A stretch of 64,000 bases of DNA from Styela clava (Eukaryota): NCBI RefSeq assembly GCF_964204865.1, contig NC_135264.1, positions 15,252,001 to 15,316,000 of the forward strand. The letters run 5' to 3'. The notes beneath the pieces were generated by a model. The model did not search any database. It was given only the letters and a program-made list of their open reading frames with translations, and was not told where the DNA came from. Made by a program: the position numbers and the translations under genes. Shown here one piece after another: positions 1-12,365 of this stretch. How positions within the stretch are numbered: the first letter of the stretch is position 1; each line of letters opens with the position of its first letter.

Positions 1-540
1 ACGAAAATTATGCCCGATCTAAAATATGTTCCGACTGATCTGGGTTCTGTTTTGGGGGAGGGGACATTCTATTTTTTTAAAAAAGTATTTCAAATTTTTA
101 AATAAACCAAGTTTGGAAATTTCTTTCTAGTTCTCATTTCACTTATTTTCTCTCACATTTTTAAATCATATACTTTCATAATTTTCTGCATTTCTTCACT
201 GCTCTAACTATTCTCCATTTTCATAGACTGACCTATAACTAATTTTCTACTCCCTGCCTACTATTAAAATGAAGTTACCAATCGATCTGATCGATCTAGA
301 TTATGTCCCAAAGGATCTGAGTTCTGTTTTTAGGGGGGTTCATTCGGTATTTTCGAAAAAGTGTTCCAATTTTAAATACTTTTTTCTATTTCTCGTTTTA
401 CCTTTTTTTTCTTTTCCGACTTCAAATCATATTAAGTACTACTTTCATACTTTTCTGTATTTCTTCATTTCCCTATCTCTTTGTCTTCACAGACTGACTC
501 ATAACTGACCTTTACATGCTGCCCTCTGTTATAACACAGT
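1..540. repeat. Degenerate ~275 bp tandem repeat (two units) containing old Tc1/mariner-like MITE ends
   Basis: gatcta..atatgt.cc...gatctg.gttctgtttt.gggg occurs at ~16-60 and ~294-340, again at 7333-7380, and is related to 50618-50668 (reverse) and 54452-54508. Confidence 0.55.
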
Positions 541-2403
541 TAGTTACTTTACATTATGCTTTTAAGACGCAAATGGAGAATCGAAGCTTAGTTTCATGCC
601 GCTGTTAAAGTAGAAACCGGAGTTTCTTGTTCATTATATCTGGTTTCTGGGTCGTAGCCGGAATTCGGATATCCCAGAAGGTTTAAACTTTGAACTTTGA
701 ACCCAGCCCTGACTTCAAATAAAACATGCTTAATTCCGATTCCACAGCTCTGTTTAAAAATCGGAATCAAAATTGTGAACTGAAACAGTAAAATTATTTG
801 TGAACCTCGAAGTTTTTAGGACCAAAATTTTATCACTCCGGTGTTGAAGTTGGAGTCAAAATTCATTTGAATCCGGGATTTAAAATCAGAAATATTGTCT
901 ATCCGGATAAAACTCTCTCCGACTCACAAGCCCTGTTTAAATCAATTACTGCTCTGTTATTAAATTTTCATTTAATTGTACTGATTTAGTTAATGAAAAT
1001 GCCTTATGTTTTGTCTTTAAATCACCAAGTTACTTCAAGCTCATTGCCTATTTTTTTGCCTATCACCGTTTTTATAGTCAGCCGGTGAATAACTTTTGCT
1101 ATAGTTTGGCTCGATTGCCAAATTTTCTGAAATGTATTGTCAAATTTTATTAATCTGTAGCCTTATTAATGAATCTCGTAAAATTAGAGTTTTCTACATA
1201 AATTTTTAAACTGACCGAATTCCTGCTTTGGGCTTCGTGTAAAAAGTTTCGTATGGAAATTTATCTTCTTTCTTGTTTATAAAGATAACAACTGAAAGAA
1301 AAAATCTTTTGCAAAAAATATTGCACAAACCCGACTTAAATTACTCTTCCTGACGCTCGAGAATCGTAGATTCAACTTAACGGTATCATTGTGATACAGT
1401 TTATATATGCAAATTGAGATTTGAATATCTGCAAATATTCGAATCATGTTTTTAGTTTCAACTATGCTGAATTATGTGTGTGTTTGATTATTCAAACACA
1501 TATGCAATACAGAGCACAAGGTTAAGTTGGAGTGAATTGTCGATAAGAAGGTATATATTTAATATATAAATAACAAGAATAAAATCTTTGAATGCTGAGT
1601 TTGCTGCTGGGTTTGACTTATATTCATTTGCTTAAAGCGTCCTATTTTTGATTAGAACATTTTTTGTAATTTTTTGTCTTGTACACACTTTTATGTGTGT
1701 ACGTTTGTCGAACAAATACAACACATTCAAGTATTTTTTTTGTCAAATTTGTTTTAATAAAAAACAAAATACATGATTTCATTAGGGCATCTCTCTTCGG
1801 GTCACAAATCCGTGCTATGACGTCACGACTTGACTATGACGTCATGTTGTATTGTTTATTTCAAGTGAATGGTCACTCTTTATAATTATTCAGAATACGC
1901 CGTTTCTCCACCTTTCACATTTGCGTAAGTTTGACGTGAACGTAACGTTGGGTTGATTTGAGGAGCGCCGTAAACGCGATTTGATTTGGAAACAGAAGCG
2001 ACCTAGCGAGTCTTATTAAAGAAGAATTGCTTGCTTTATGCCATCCAGGCCTCCGTAGCCGAGAAACTTTTAATAAGACTCCGAACGATTTAAATTTTGT
2101 ACAGATGCTCCAGTGGTAACAGGTTTGCCAACTTGACACTTTGCTAACTTGACACTTTGCTATCTTGAGTTTGTTTCAGTTGCAATTTACTTTAGTATGG
2201 TAAGATTTCGTTTCCCGAAATTGCTTAAATCATCGATTGCCAATCATTGCTACTCAACTCATATGGAAATAGGAAAAACACAGAGCGCTCCATTTCCATT
2301 GTGCTATTATGATTGGACCGCATTGGGTCTCGCTCATATTAAATCTACCTACGTCGGTATTTTCAGAGAAAGAAGTTTTTATCTGATAGTCATTATATTT
2401 TTC

Positions 2404-2598
2404 GGCGCTCCAGAAATGTTTGTACCAATATAGAGGTAACTAATTTTGTTCGCCTATTTTACATCAATTTGTGTATAGGACTGAAACCTATGGGCAGGGG
2501 TATATTCACTTGGCTTACACAGACAGTCCCCGAACTCGTACTAGAACTAAAATTAAGAAAATCGGAATGGTACCGGGTACCCATACTTCGGGAGTGCC
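2404..2598 (+). mobile_element. Merlin-like MITE family B, inserted in a pseudogene exon
   Basis: ggcgctccagaa...cttcgggagtgcc; absent at the matching site of copy 2 (11362-11375). Confidence 0.8.
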
Positions 2599-3819
2599 TC
2601 TTTTTCGACTCATTATCAAAACCTAGCGGCGAAGTTTGAGATGTTGATTTTGTTGCTCTCTAGTGACATGTTGCGGTAATGAGAAATCAAAATTGTTATC
2701 TAATTGGCAATCTTGTGATATTATCTAAATTTTAGATTTTAAAAGCGGGGCTGATATTGAGATATAGCCGGAGTTGTGTTTTAAAATTCTGACGAGGCTA
2801 TTTTGAAACTTTCACAAACTGGAAGTGGGAGAATATTCAATCAAGTTGAAAAGGACTCGTAAATGCTTAAGTTTTATTCAAAACATTGTGGACATAAAAA
2901 CTAACTTAATTTCAGCCCGGAATCGAGAATTTAGGTATCTCGGAATTGCTTGTATGGGTCCATTCTTCGATATTACAGGGTCACTGTTATATTAGACAAG
3001 TGACCACTGGTCCCCGACATGAAAGATCCGTTTCGAAAGTTTACTATAGCTTATCCAAGATACTAATTTGACACATTACTTAAAAGTTGAAATCGAAACA
3101 CTTTAAAGTAAACTTTGCCCCGGCGAAGTCTACAGAGCCATAAAAACGATTCTACCCTGGGAACCAATAAACAACAAAAATTGAGAAGACTTTGTGGAGA
3201 TTATTGTTGAATATCTAAAAGGTAATCCGTGACTTTGTGGGGTTAGAACATTGTATTTCGCTTGGTATATACTCATATAGTCTGCCAGTTTTAGTCACAG
3301 TAAATCAAGGTTTTTGACGTTATCGACTTTACTTTTCATTTTTTATTCCTACTATGTGAACGTGTGAGAAATGTGTTTAATTAAATTATAAAACCAAATG
3401 ATTGGTAATCGAAATATCAAAAACGAAAATTTTGTTTGGCATTGGAATCTAGTTAACGAATAAAAGGTGTCAATCGCCAAAGCAGCCCTTCTGTCGGCTT
3501 ACTCGTAACAAATTAATCAATTAGGAAAGAGAACGCCTTTCTATTCTTACATCCCCACTTGGATTTGTTTGTAAACAAACTGGGTTGCCTGGTACTCGCC
3601 GTAGATTTTTATACTTGTTGGTGGATTCTTCTGAGGTTTAGAGATTTACGATTTGAATGGCTTAGTTAGGTAGATGAAGATACGCCTACTATCTATGAGG
3701 ATCATCTCCAAATCTTGGTGAGTTTCAGTTTTTATTTATATTTTATATTTTTGTAATTTTGCATTCGATAGTAAAAGTAGCACGATGTCAACTTAGTACA
3801 ATTAAGGAATTAGGTATTA

Positions 3820-3988
3820 AGTCCATTCTTCCAAAAACAAACAAAAAACTGGCTAACTAATCCCATACTCGACATGGACTGCTCCAGACGAGAGGCTGTG
3901 GTTAGCCATGTGATTAATGGCCAATATGATTAATGAGCTTTCCCTCTCACGCGGGATAAATATATAAATCATATCTTATCCTATCCTA
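3820..3988 (+). mobile_element. SINE 3' fragment
   Basis: ctaactaatcccatac.cgacatggactg...gggataaatat...atcctatccta. Confidence 0.8.
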
Positions 3989-4439
3989 GTTAGTCGCTTG
4001 AGACGTCATACTCGGAATGAGCTTTTATTTGAAATGCGTTTATTTTAACTATCAGTTTCAACAATCACGCCTTTTAAATTTTCTTGTCATTGTTGTTGGT
4101 CAGGCGGAACGTTACAGAAATATATTTGTGTTAGTGTGAAGCAGGACTCTTGAATTGCGTTTATTTTAATTGGAAAATTTGTAAACTATGATTTAAAAAT
4201 TCGCAAACTCTTTTCGATGACAATTTAACTTTCTATTCAATTGTGTTCATAAATTTGTTTCTCTAAAATATTTTTGAAACCCTTTAGGACGTGGAAAATT
4301 ATCTGTACTGTATTGAGAACGCTGTTCGTAAGAATATCTACTCGCTGTTATTGATCGAGGCTCTGCCGAACCGATAAGGTTTGTGATTACCCCCGTAGTG
4401 TGTGTACCAGGTTAAGATAGGCCGTAATTTTATTTTATG

Positions 4440-4735
4440 CACGCTTCCAACTCAATATGTAATCTATCATCGAATCAGGTATGAAACAGCACTTTCTTAT
4501 AAAGTGATTTCGTTGAAATGGGGAATTCCCCATCTATCTGTTGGTTTCATGGCTCTTTGGTTAATATAATCTCTGGTAAGTGGTGTTAGTTAGATATTTC
4601 AGACGGTGCTCACCGTCAATGTCAGTAGTTTCAAAACTCTTAAATTCCAATTTTTTCTAATTATATATTTGAACCTTGGGTGTCGCTGCTTTATAACCAG
4701 CTTTGGTTCCCGCGCCTTCCCTTCCCCAGTAAAAC
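4440..4735 (-). pseudogene. Death-domain-family exon remnant (WLSS type)
   Basis: Minus strand ttttactggggaagggaaggcgcgggaaccaaagctggttataaagcagcgacacc aligns with the exon start at 32899(-) and with 35945-36000(-). Downstream frame FETTDIDGEHRLKYLTNTTYQRLY. Confidence 0.5.
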
Positions 4736-5266
4736 TGTGTAAAATATCATTTTTTCGTCATTTGTGCTTGTGATATTTTTTTTTGAATGGTTGGAAAAAA
4801 TGAACTTGACTTGTACATACTGCAGAGTTGTAAACTCTCGACGAGGGGTTTGGAGTTTGTCATTCTTTTGCCAGGGCTGTAGTCAGAGTCATATTTTTGA
4901 ACTAACCGTAGTCGGGAATAGGAAATAAAAGCTTGTATTCTTTTGAGTCGCAATTTCATTTGTTTAACGGTGATAAACATTGATCAATAAGTCAAAACTT
5001 TCTACAAAAACTCAAAAAAGCTCTGTTTCGGCGCCCCAGAAGTACGTGTATCAATATGGAGGCAACTAATTTTGTTCGCCTATTACACATCAAGTTGGGT
5101 AAGGAGGCTGAAACGTACGGGCAAGGGGTATTTTCACTTGGCTAACACAGACAGTCCTCGAACCCATGTGACTAAACAAGCATATTTGTGATTGCTGGCC
5201 TGAAGCCTTCTTACACTCCGGGTTCTAATCTATATTAATGATATAATATATATTTTCGTTTTTCAG

Positions 5267-5434
5267 TCTGACAAGGCCTCTTCCGAACATACGTGCGTCA
5301 TCTGCAGAGCAATCGTCAACCTTGCAACTGACGACTACGAGCGCTGTACGAAATGCTCTGCATTTATTTGCAGAGAATGCATTACCATGGGAAGATGCCA
5401 TGATCATGCAGATGACGAGAGGAAGGCATTTTAG
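5267..5434 (+). CDS. Terminal exon encoding a Cys/His zinc-finger-like domain
   Basis: Acceptor ttttcgtttttcag| then the open frame SDKASSEHTCVICRAIVNLATDDYERCTKCSAFICRECITMGRCHDHADDERKAF* (CxxC-x13-CxxC-x4-CxxC-x5-CHxH). Confidence 0.65.
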   Translation, partial: SDKASSEHTCVICRAIVNLATDDYERCTKCSAFICRECITMGRCHDHADDERKAF

Positions 5435-6156
5435 TAGGAAGATTTAATCCAGACTAGAAATCCAAGGAAATTCGCCGTCGTCGAATCCATGGCATAACTC
5501 ACATGCTGCTACGAAGTATCATGGCGCTAAAAAAATGCCGCGACTCTGCTGCTTCGAAGTCAGTAGTTTATTTTTACACATGCCGAAAGTACAAATTGTA
5601 CATACCGAATATCATAAGATAGAAAAAAATGCATTTCAGTGTGAAGGGAGACGCGATAAAGCAATAACAATTATTCAGCAACGTCACCTATGAAGAAATC
5701 TAGCAGTAAATGATACTGATAAAAAAGTCGAACATGGTATACTAACAAATGTCAGACTTGGAGATGCATTAAAGCGACCCGATATCCCCGTGTCACTGAT
5801 TACAACGGAAACAAACAACTCCAGGAAATACAGGCGGAGAAGTTTGATTGATTCCACAAAATTCACAATCTGCGGCGATGAAAAAAAAAGATGTCGGGGG
5901 CGTCACGTGGATTAGTAACTGTCGTGATGATATGTTATCTGCGTTGACGCCCTGGCACCAAGAACGATTATGACTAATTACATGCGAGTCTAAGTTAGGG
6001 CGCCACGCAGTCATGTAGTAATGGGGGTTTGTCACAGATCGACGGCATCGAAATCTACTTCCCGTGTTTGGTGGCATCATAGCAATGCAACGACGCACGC
6101 CATCGAAAACACGTATTATTAGCCGCGGTCGCCGAATCCTTCCTATGACACTGCAC

Positions 6157-6467
6157 CAGAGGTGGCCAAGGTTTTTGGACCAGGGGCCGACAATTTTGCC
6201 CACCTAGACTGGCGGGTCATGTAAGTGTGACGTAAAAAGTAACATTTTATGAACAATATCTTCAGTGTTTCAAAAACAAAACAAAAGCGAAAAACAATAA
6301 ACCTCGTGCCAAAACTAAATTTAATCGCTATCTCAACAAAGACAGAGTTTTTTTTTAGCTGAAACGTCAAATTTTGGGTTTGCTTGGTTGTGGCAACATC
6401 AGACTGGCGATATTGAACTACCCAACGGTCCGAATTTGACCCGCGGGCCGTAGTTTGCCCATGTCAG
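6157..6467 (+). mobile_element. hAT-like MITE
   Basis: cagaggtggccaag...ttgcccatgtcag; TSD cactgcac/cattacac; same family as 34023-34323. Confidence 0.78.
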
Positions 6468-9400
6468 CATTACACCGTGTTACATGCCACGGTGGCGTGG
6501 CGCCGAATCCATGCCGTCACACCGCATGATTGGGATGGTTGTCTGCCACAAAATGGAATGGCGCTTATCGAAACCCTATTTCACCTCGCTCTGTATACAC
6601 TACCATTGGTACTGGCTGATAAGTACACGGTGCTTAAGTACACGGTGCTCCTATATATTTTCTACTGTTTAACCGTTTTACTCATTCGTGAAAATTGTTT
6701 AAAAGTTGCAGACTATCCTTTTATTACCAAAGATATAACGCTATGCGATTTAAAATTAATAGGGGCTAATTTTGAACTATCTCACTTTTTTGGGCTAATT
6801 TTTGAATACTGCAACTAGACTGAAAGCTATGTTTATGAATAACTACTGTGCCAATCTTTTTAATTGATTATAGTTCTTTCTATTTATATATGCGCATTTC
6901 CCTTTTTTCCCTTTCCCATCTCAAGTATAGTAGATTTTATAAAGTATGGTAGTACTACTTGACTACAGTACTCTGGTTGAGATTATTCCACGAGAACTTT
7001 TAGCCAAGGAAAAAATGTTCAAATTTATTTATCAAAAAGTAAAATCTAAGATTCAATGAGCCGAAGATTTTTCATTTTGAGTTAAATTTTTGTTATGTTT
7101 TTATACTGGATCTTTTGAATTCGAAAGCATTGTTCATCTTCAACTCAAAACGAAATGGTATTCCTCTATTTGCATCTAACTTTCCTTTCTCGATTTCTGT
7201 TTCCGTCCCGAGTATTCTTTCATACTTTTCTGCATTTCTTCACTGCTCTAACTATTCTCCATTTTCATAGACTGATCTATAACTAATTTTCTACTCCCTA
7301 CCTACTATTAAAATACAGTTCCCATATCTGATCGATCTAGAATATGTCCCAAATGATCTGAGTTCTGTTTTTAGAGGGTTTTATTCCGTATGTTCACAAA
7401 AGTATTCGAATTTTAAATACTTGTTACTTTTTTCTATTTCTCGTTTTACTTACTTTCTTTTCCAACTTTAAATCATATATAACACTTTCATACTTCTCAG
7501 CATTCCTTTAACTGTTCTTCTTCTTCTTCACAGACTCACCTATAACTAACCTTCACTTGCTGCCCTTTAATATAACACAGTTCCTTTACTTTTATTCCTT
7601 GAAATCGCGAATGGTGAATCGGAGCTTAGTTTCATGCTACTGTTAAAGTCTAAGTTCCTTGTTCAAATTATCTGGGTCGTAGTCAGAATTTGGATTTCCC
7701 AGAAAATTTGAACTTTTACTCCAGCTTCGACTCAAAATAAAATTGCATGCATAATTCCGATCCCACTGCTCTATTTAACAATTGGAATCAAAATAAAAAA
7801 TAAACAATGACTAATAAAAATATTTGTGAACCTCGAAGTTATTGTGACCAAAATTTTATCTTTTCGGAGTTAAAAGTCGGAGTCAAAATTTATTTGAATC
7901 CGAGGTTTGAAATCAGAATTATTTTCAATCCGGATAGAACTCTCTCCGACTTGCCAGCCCTGTTTAATTCAACTACTGCCCTGTTATTAAATTGCATTTA
8001 ACAGAACTGTTTTTAATAATGAAATTGCCTTTTGTTTTGTTTTTGAATCCCCAAGTTCCTTCAAGCTATTTTGCCTATTTTTTCATTTTTTTTCATTGCC
8101 TATTTTTCAATCCCCGTTTTTACAGCCAGCCAATGAATCATATTTTGGCTTGATTGCCAAATTTAATGACTTGCATTGCCAAAGTTTATTTATCTGTAGT
8201 CTCGCAATTTGCGGTGTATTTTGTTGTTAGTGTAATTTTATCTCGTCTTCACAAACTATTTACCACAATTTGAAAAAACTTTAGACAACAAAAATACATC
8301 CAACACTTTTTTAAAGGCAATTTCGCGGGTTTTATAGTAAACCATATTTTCATACGATTTTCCAACACCATTTTGCTCCATTTTTAGATGATTTACTAAA
8401 AATGTTTCCTGGCTTGCTATTAATAATCCTTTCCCCAAATGAACCAAACAAGAAAGAAAAAAATGCGTGCGTATATACCTTGGATAACTTCGACGTGCTT
8501 GCTAAAAATCTAGAAATTCTATCTCTGTGATTTCCAACTGGGGTTCCGGCCAATATGTTTGCCAGCTTTAGGGGTTGTTTTCAAATTTAGGCGGGCGGGG
8601 GTGGATATTTTGTTAAAAGTAATAAAACTTTTAGTGACTTATAAAAATGTGTTATGTATTCGCCTGACAATCTTCACCGGCATATAAGCCACTTTCTGGA
8701 TATTCAAAAACACTTTTATTCACGTTAGGAATTACAGTATGGTGTAACACTTGAAAACTAGGGAGAGGGGGTATTTGAAATTTTTGGAGGTGTTCACCCC
8801 TTATAGGGGAGTGTAAGGAAATCACTGGTTCCGACAGTACAGTTCATAAGTTTCTATTCAAATCCGAGAATTCTTAGTTAATACATGTACGTTGTTTAAA
8901 TATATTCAAATACTTTAGGTTTGCTGCAATCTTTTATTTTGCTAGTATGCATCACGAAACTGGATGCACTAACATGCAGTCACCACATAAAATAGTAGAT
9001 ATTTATATGTATTATTGTAGATGTTGATTAGCCATAGTAAATTTACGAATAATCAGACCAACCGAGCTGCTGCTATAAATATATATCGTAGGTTTGAAAT
9101 TAAAATGCCTTGTTTTTAGAATAATGATAGTGTAGCGAATGAGGAATGTAACTATGCATGTTAATGTTATTTTACTCTTTTGTATAAATAGCATGTTGGA
9201 TCCAATGGAAATAGGTCATTTCAACAATCTTCTTGATGGTGATTTATCGTAGCAAGGCTTGACTTGCTATGCTCCTTTGTATGAACCAATTTCTGACCTG
9301 CTTCTGGCCTCCATTCGACAGTTGAAAATATTATGTGTTTTCAAATTTTTGTGTTGCTTACTGATTTGGATTTCAACCAATTTCCCAAACGGTGTGGCGC

Positions 9401-9917
9401 GTCCCGCAAGGGGGGTGGGGCAATTTTTTGAGGCGGCGTGAAGCTAATTGAAAATAAAAATATTTGTTGAATTCAATCTTGCTGCCTCAATTTGAATATT
9501 TACATTTCTTTATTGTTTATAGATTGCGATTCCATCCACGTGTTTTCTACGTGTTTTTGAATAAAACATACTTCCGCCTTACTATCTGTTATTTGTATCT
9601 TTTTGCTATATATATAGTTATTTTTGAAGGGGGCACGAGACTTGACGAATTTACCCAAATTTAACTGATATTAGGATTTAAGTGTAAATTAAAAAAGATC
9701 TGTTTGGATTCAATCTGATCGAGCACCTTTACAATATACGAACATTTGGAATTATAATATATTGTGTACTTATTGACCTCTGTAAGATTGCAGTTGGGGT
9801 TTTACCCCGCCAACGTGTGTATATTAACACTGGGGTTAGGACACTCAGATAGGGACATTCTGTCCTATAATGAAATATAATACATCCTTGACTATATAAA
9901 GTGTATGCATTATGAAA

Positions 9918-10129
9918 GGGACTCCCGTAGTATGTGTACCAGATTAGTGTTAGCCTATAATTTTATTCCAATTTTTCTGATTTTAGTTCTATTACGAGTT
10001 CGGATACTGTCTGTGTTAACCAAGTGAATATACCTCCTACTCATAGGCTCCCGTCCCGTTATACAACTTAATGTAAAGTACGCAAACGAAATTAGTTACT
10101 CCCATATTGGTACACATACTTGGAGCGCC
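9918..10129 (-). mobile_element. Merlin-like MITE family B
   Basis: TSD ttatgaaa/atatgaaa. Confidence 0.8.
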
Positions 10130-10156
10130 ATATGAAACGAATTTCAAGTGCATTAC

Positions 10157-10321
10157 TAGTGTTGGCTACAAGTCCCTTGACTGCAACTCAAGTCGATCCA
10201 CGGGTCGTAAGAGTCTCGAGTCAGAAATCGAGTCACCGGCTACTCGAGTCCGAATTCAATAACTTGATTCTTAGAAAATAGTGACTTGATTCGAGTCAAT
10301 GTCTCGAATTCCCCAACACTG
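10157..10321. mobile_element. Small TIR element with gactcgagtc repeats
   Basis: tagtgttgg...ccaacactg ends; similar motifs at 43735-43865. Confidence 0.55.
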
Positions 10322-10418
10322 GCATATAGTTAAAAGAAAACTATGAATATCTGCAAATGTATTCAATAGAAAACACAAGCTAAGTAGTAAGAGTATATTG
10401 TCGATAAGAAGGTGTACA

Positions 10419-10725
10419 TCGGGGGTTCCCAACCTTTTATGACTCGTGGCCCCTTCCGGAGGCCCTTAGCACTCATGGGTCCTGTTTACCATTCCAGTAG
10501 TATTAAGTGTGATATTATGGTTAGTTGACTTCGAATTTCATTATGTCCAAACAACTCATGCTCAACAAAGTAAAAACATAATCTTATCAAGCAGTGTAAA
10601 TATGAAGAACAGGGACTTTTATTGTGAAGGGAAATGTAAAATCAGTTCAGAGCCAAGCACCGTTGCTCCCCTAACCGCTCTATTTCCCCCTCTGTGAGCC
10701 ACGGTCCCCCGGTTGAAAACAACTG
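10419..10725. mobile_element. hAT-like MITE specific to duplication copy 2
   Basis: ggggttcccaacc...ggttgaaaacaactg; absent from copy 1 at ~1555. Confidence 0.68.
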
Positions 10726-11222
10726 TTGTTTTAATTTACAAATATATATATATAAAAAAATCTTGAAATTTTGAGTTTGCTGCTAAATTTGATTTATATT
10801 CCTTTGTTTGAAGTGTATCTATATTTGATTAGACCATTTTTTGTATTTTTTTGCCTCTGGTTGAATTGGATTTGGAAACAGAAGCGAGCGAGTGAGTCTC
10901 ATTAAAGTAAGATTGCTTTATGCCATCCAGGCCTTTTTAGCCGAGAGACATTTATTTCTAGTGGTAACAGTTTTGCCAGCTAAACACTTTGACACTTTGC
11001 AATTCTGAGTTAGTACCAGTTGAAATTTACTTTGGCAGATAAAAATTCCCTCTACCAAAATTGTTTGAAACATTGACTGCCAATCATTGTTACTGTTACC
11101 CAAATCACGGAGAAATTAGAAAATCGCCGAACGCTCCATTTTCATTGTGCTATTATAATTAGGGGCCTAGGGGCTTGCCAACACTTCGAATAAGCGGATA
11201 TCAGTATTTTCAAAGAAAAATT

Positions 11223-11316
11223 GGTACTCCAGAAGTATGTGAACCAAGATGAACGTAGTAAGTTTACCACGTCGTTCCGGTGTACGCCATCTGGGTTCAC
11301 ATACTTCGGGAATACC
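11223..11316. mobile_element. Internally deleted family A MITE
   Basis: Only the outer TIRs are retained; flanked by a 34 bp inverted duplication. Confidence 0.8.
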
Positions 11317-12264
11317 AATTTTTCTTTGAAAATACTGATATCCGCTTATTAAGAAAGCTCATTATATTTTCGACTCATTATCAAAACCTAGTGGCAAAAG
11401 GTGGAGATGTTGATAATGCTGCTCTCTAGTGACATGTAACGGTAATGTGCAAATAAAATCGTTTTGGATTAGACAATCTTAGGATATTATCTAAATTTTG
11501 AATCCTATGAAGTCGAAATAAACTCATATTTATTGACTTACAAATCAATAATCCAACTATTTCGACTAGGAAAATTTCTATAATATTTGCTGTCTGTTTT
11601 TCTTCTGGATGTGATTGAACCCGCAGTCAGATGTCTAAGTAGAATTTCTGTTTAACAGAGCCGGGGCCGGTTTCGTGGTGTAATGGAATGATTACATTAA
11701 ATGTTCATGAAATAAAAACGGTTCGACGAAAATAAGATTATATAGGAAGACGGTAAAGTGCATACAAATTTGAACAAATATCCAAGATTAATATTTCCAA
11801 GCAGAATTAAAAGTAATGACATGCTGAAGCTAATAATTTGTATCGTGTGCAATATTTTTAGAATGAAAAACTATGAAGATATTGAATATTCCATCTTTTC
11901 TTTTTCTGATTTATTGGTCGAAATGTATTGACGGTTATGCAAGATATAAATTTCAATTTCTCGCTAATTGCCTGATTCCAGGAAGGTAGCCAGGAATGTC
12001 ACAATAGGGCAAGTGACCTACTCCAAAATTCCAGACCTAAATCCTTGGTACACACACGAAGTCGGTCACAGCTGATACACTAAAGCGGGCTTTTTATTAA
12101 ACCCAAACTTGAAACTATAGTTTCTAGCTCTTTTTTTGAGGGGGGGGGGGGTCGAAATCCTTACGCGCATTCGAAAAATATACATAGTGAATAATATCAC
12201 GTTTCTTTCTATATAGACGCCGTTTGATTGGTTTCTGTTTATTCATAAAAAAAATGTCCAAATG

Positions 12265-12365
12265 TTTTATCGAGCACCAAGATGGCGCACAACCTGAACC
12301 CGAACCTGGTACCTATATTATGTTCAGGTTGTGCGCCATCTTTGTGCACATACTTCGGGAGCACC
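12265..12365. mobile_element. Short Merlin-like MITE, left end eroded
   Basis: caagatggcgcacaacctgaac...gttcaggttgtgcgccatctt palindrome. Confidence 0.72.

Larger units (their letters stand above)
175..4435 (+). repeat. Segmental duplication, copy 1 (paralogous to ~7215-13790)
   Basis: Collinear blocks: 175-1160~7215-8200; 1420-1680~10343-10855; 1982-2400~10868-11370; 2605-2735~11370-11500; 3325-4435~12643-13785. Confidence 0.92.
1590..5434 (+). pseudogene. Decayed multi-exon gene: death-domain-like N-terminus, possible TIR-like middle, C-terminal Cys-rich zinc finger
   Basis: Exon remnants 1590-1670 (LNAEFAAGFDLYSFA*SVLFL), 1894-2400 (PFLHLSHLRKFDVNVT/WVDLRSAVNAI*FGNRSDLASLIKEELL...LCYYDWTALGLAH...FYLIVIIFFD), 2979-3221, ~3530-3717 (LDLFVNKLGCLVL...EDHLQIL|gtgagt), 4288-4378 and 5267-5434. 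Synonymous differences versus copy 2 (gac/gat, tca/tcc, agc/agt, ctg/cta). Many stops and frameshifts. Confidence 0.65.

Noticed and set aside
269-508. ORF with a repeated YVPxDLxS motif that shows third-position variation
   Set aside because: The motif lies just inside Tc1-like terminal repeats (compare 50618-50668), and the rest of the ORF is low-complexity T-rich sequence.
5793-6818. Longest ORFs in the track (136 aa and 113 aa)
   Set aside because: They overlap a hAT MITE and GC-richer repeat sequence, with no recognisable protein motif.
9270-9325. Minus-strand KQVRNWFIQR resembling homeodomain helix 3
   Set aside because: It lacks the invariant Asn and Arg, and no helices 1-2 are present.
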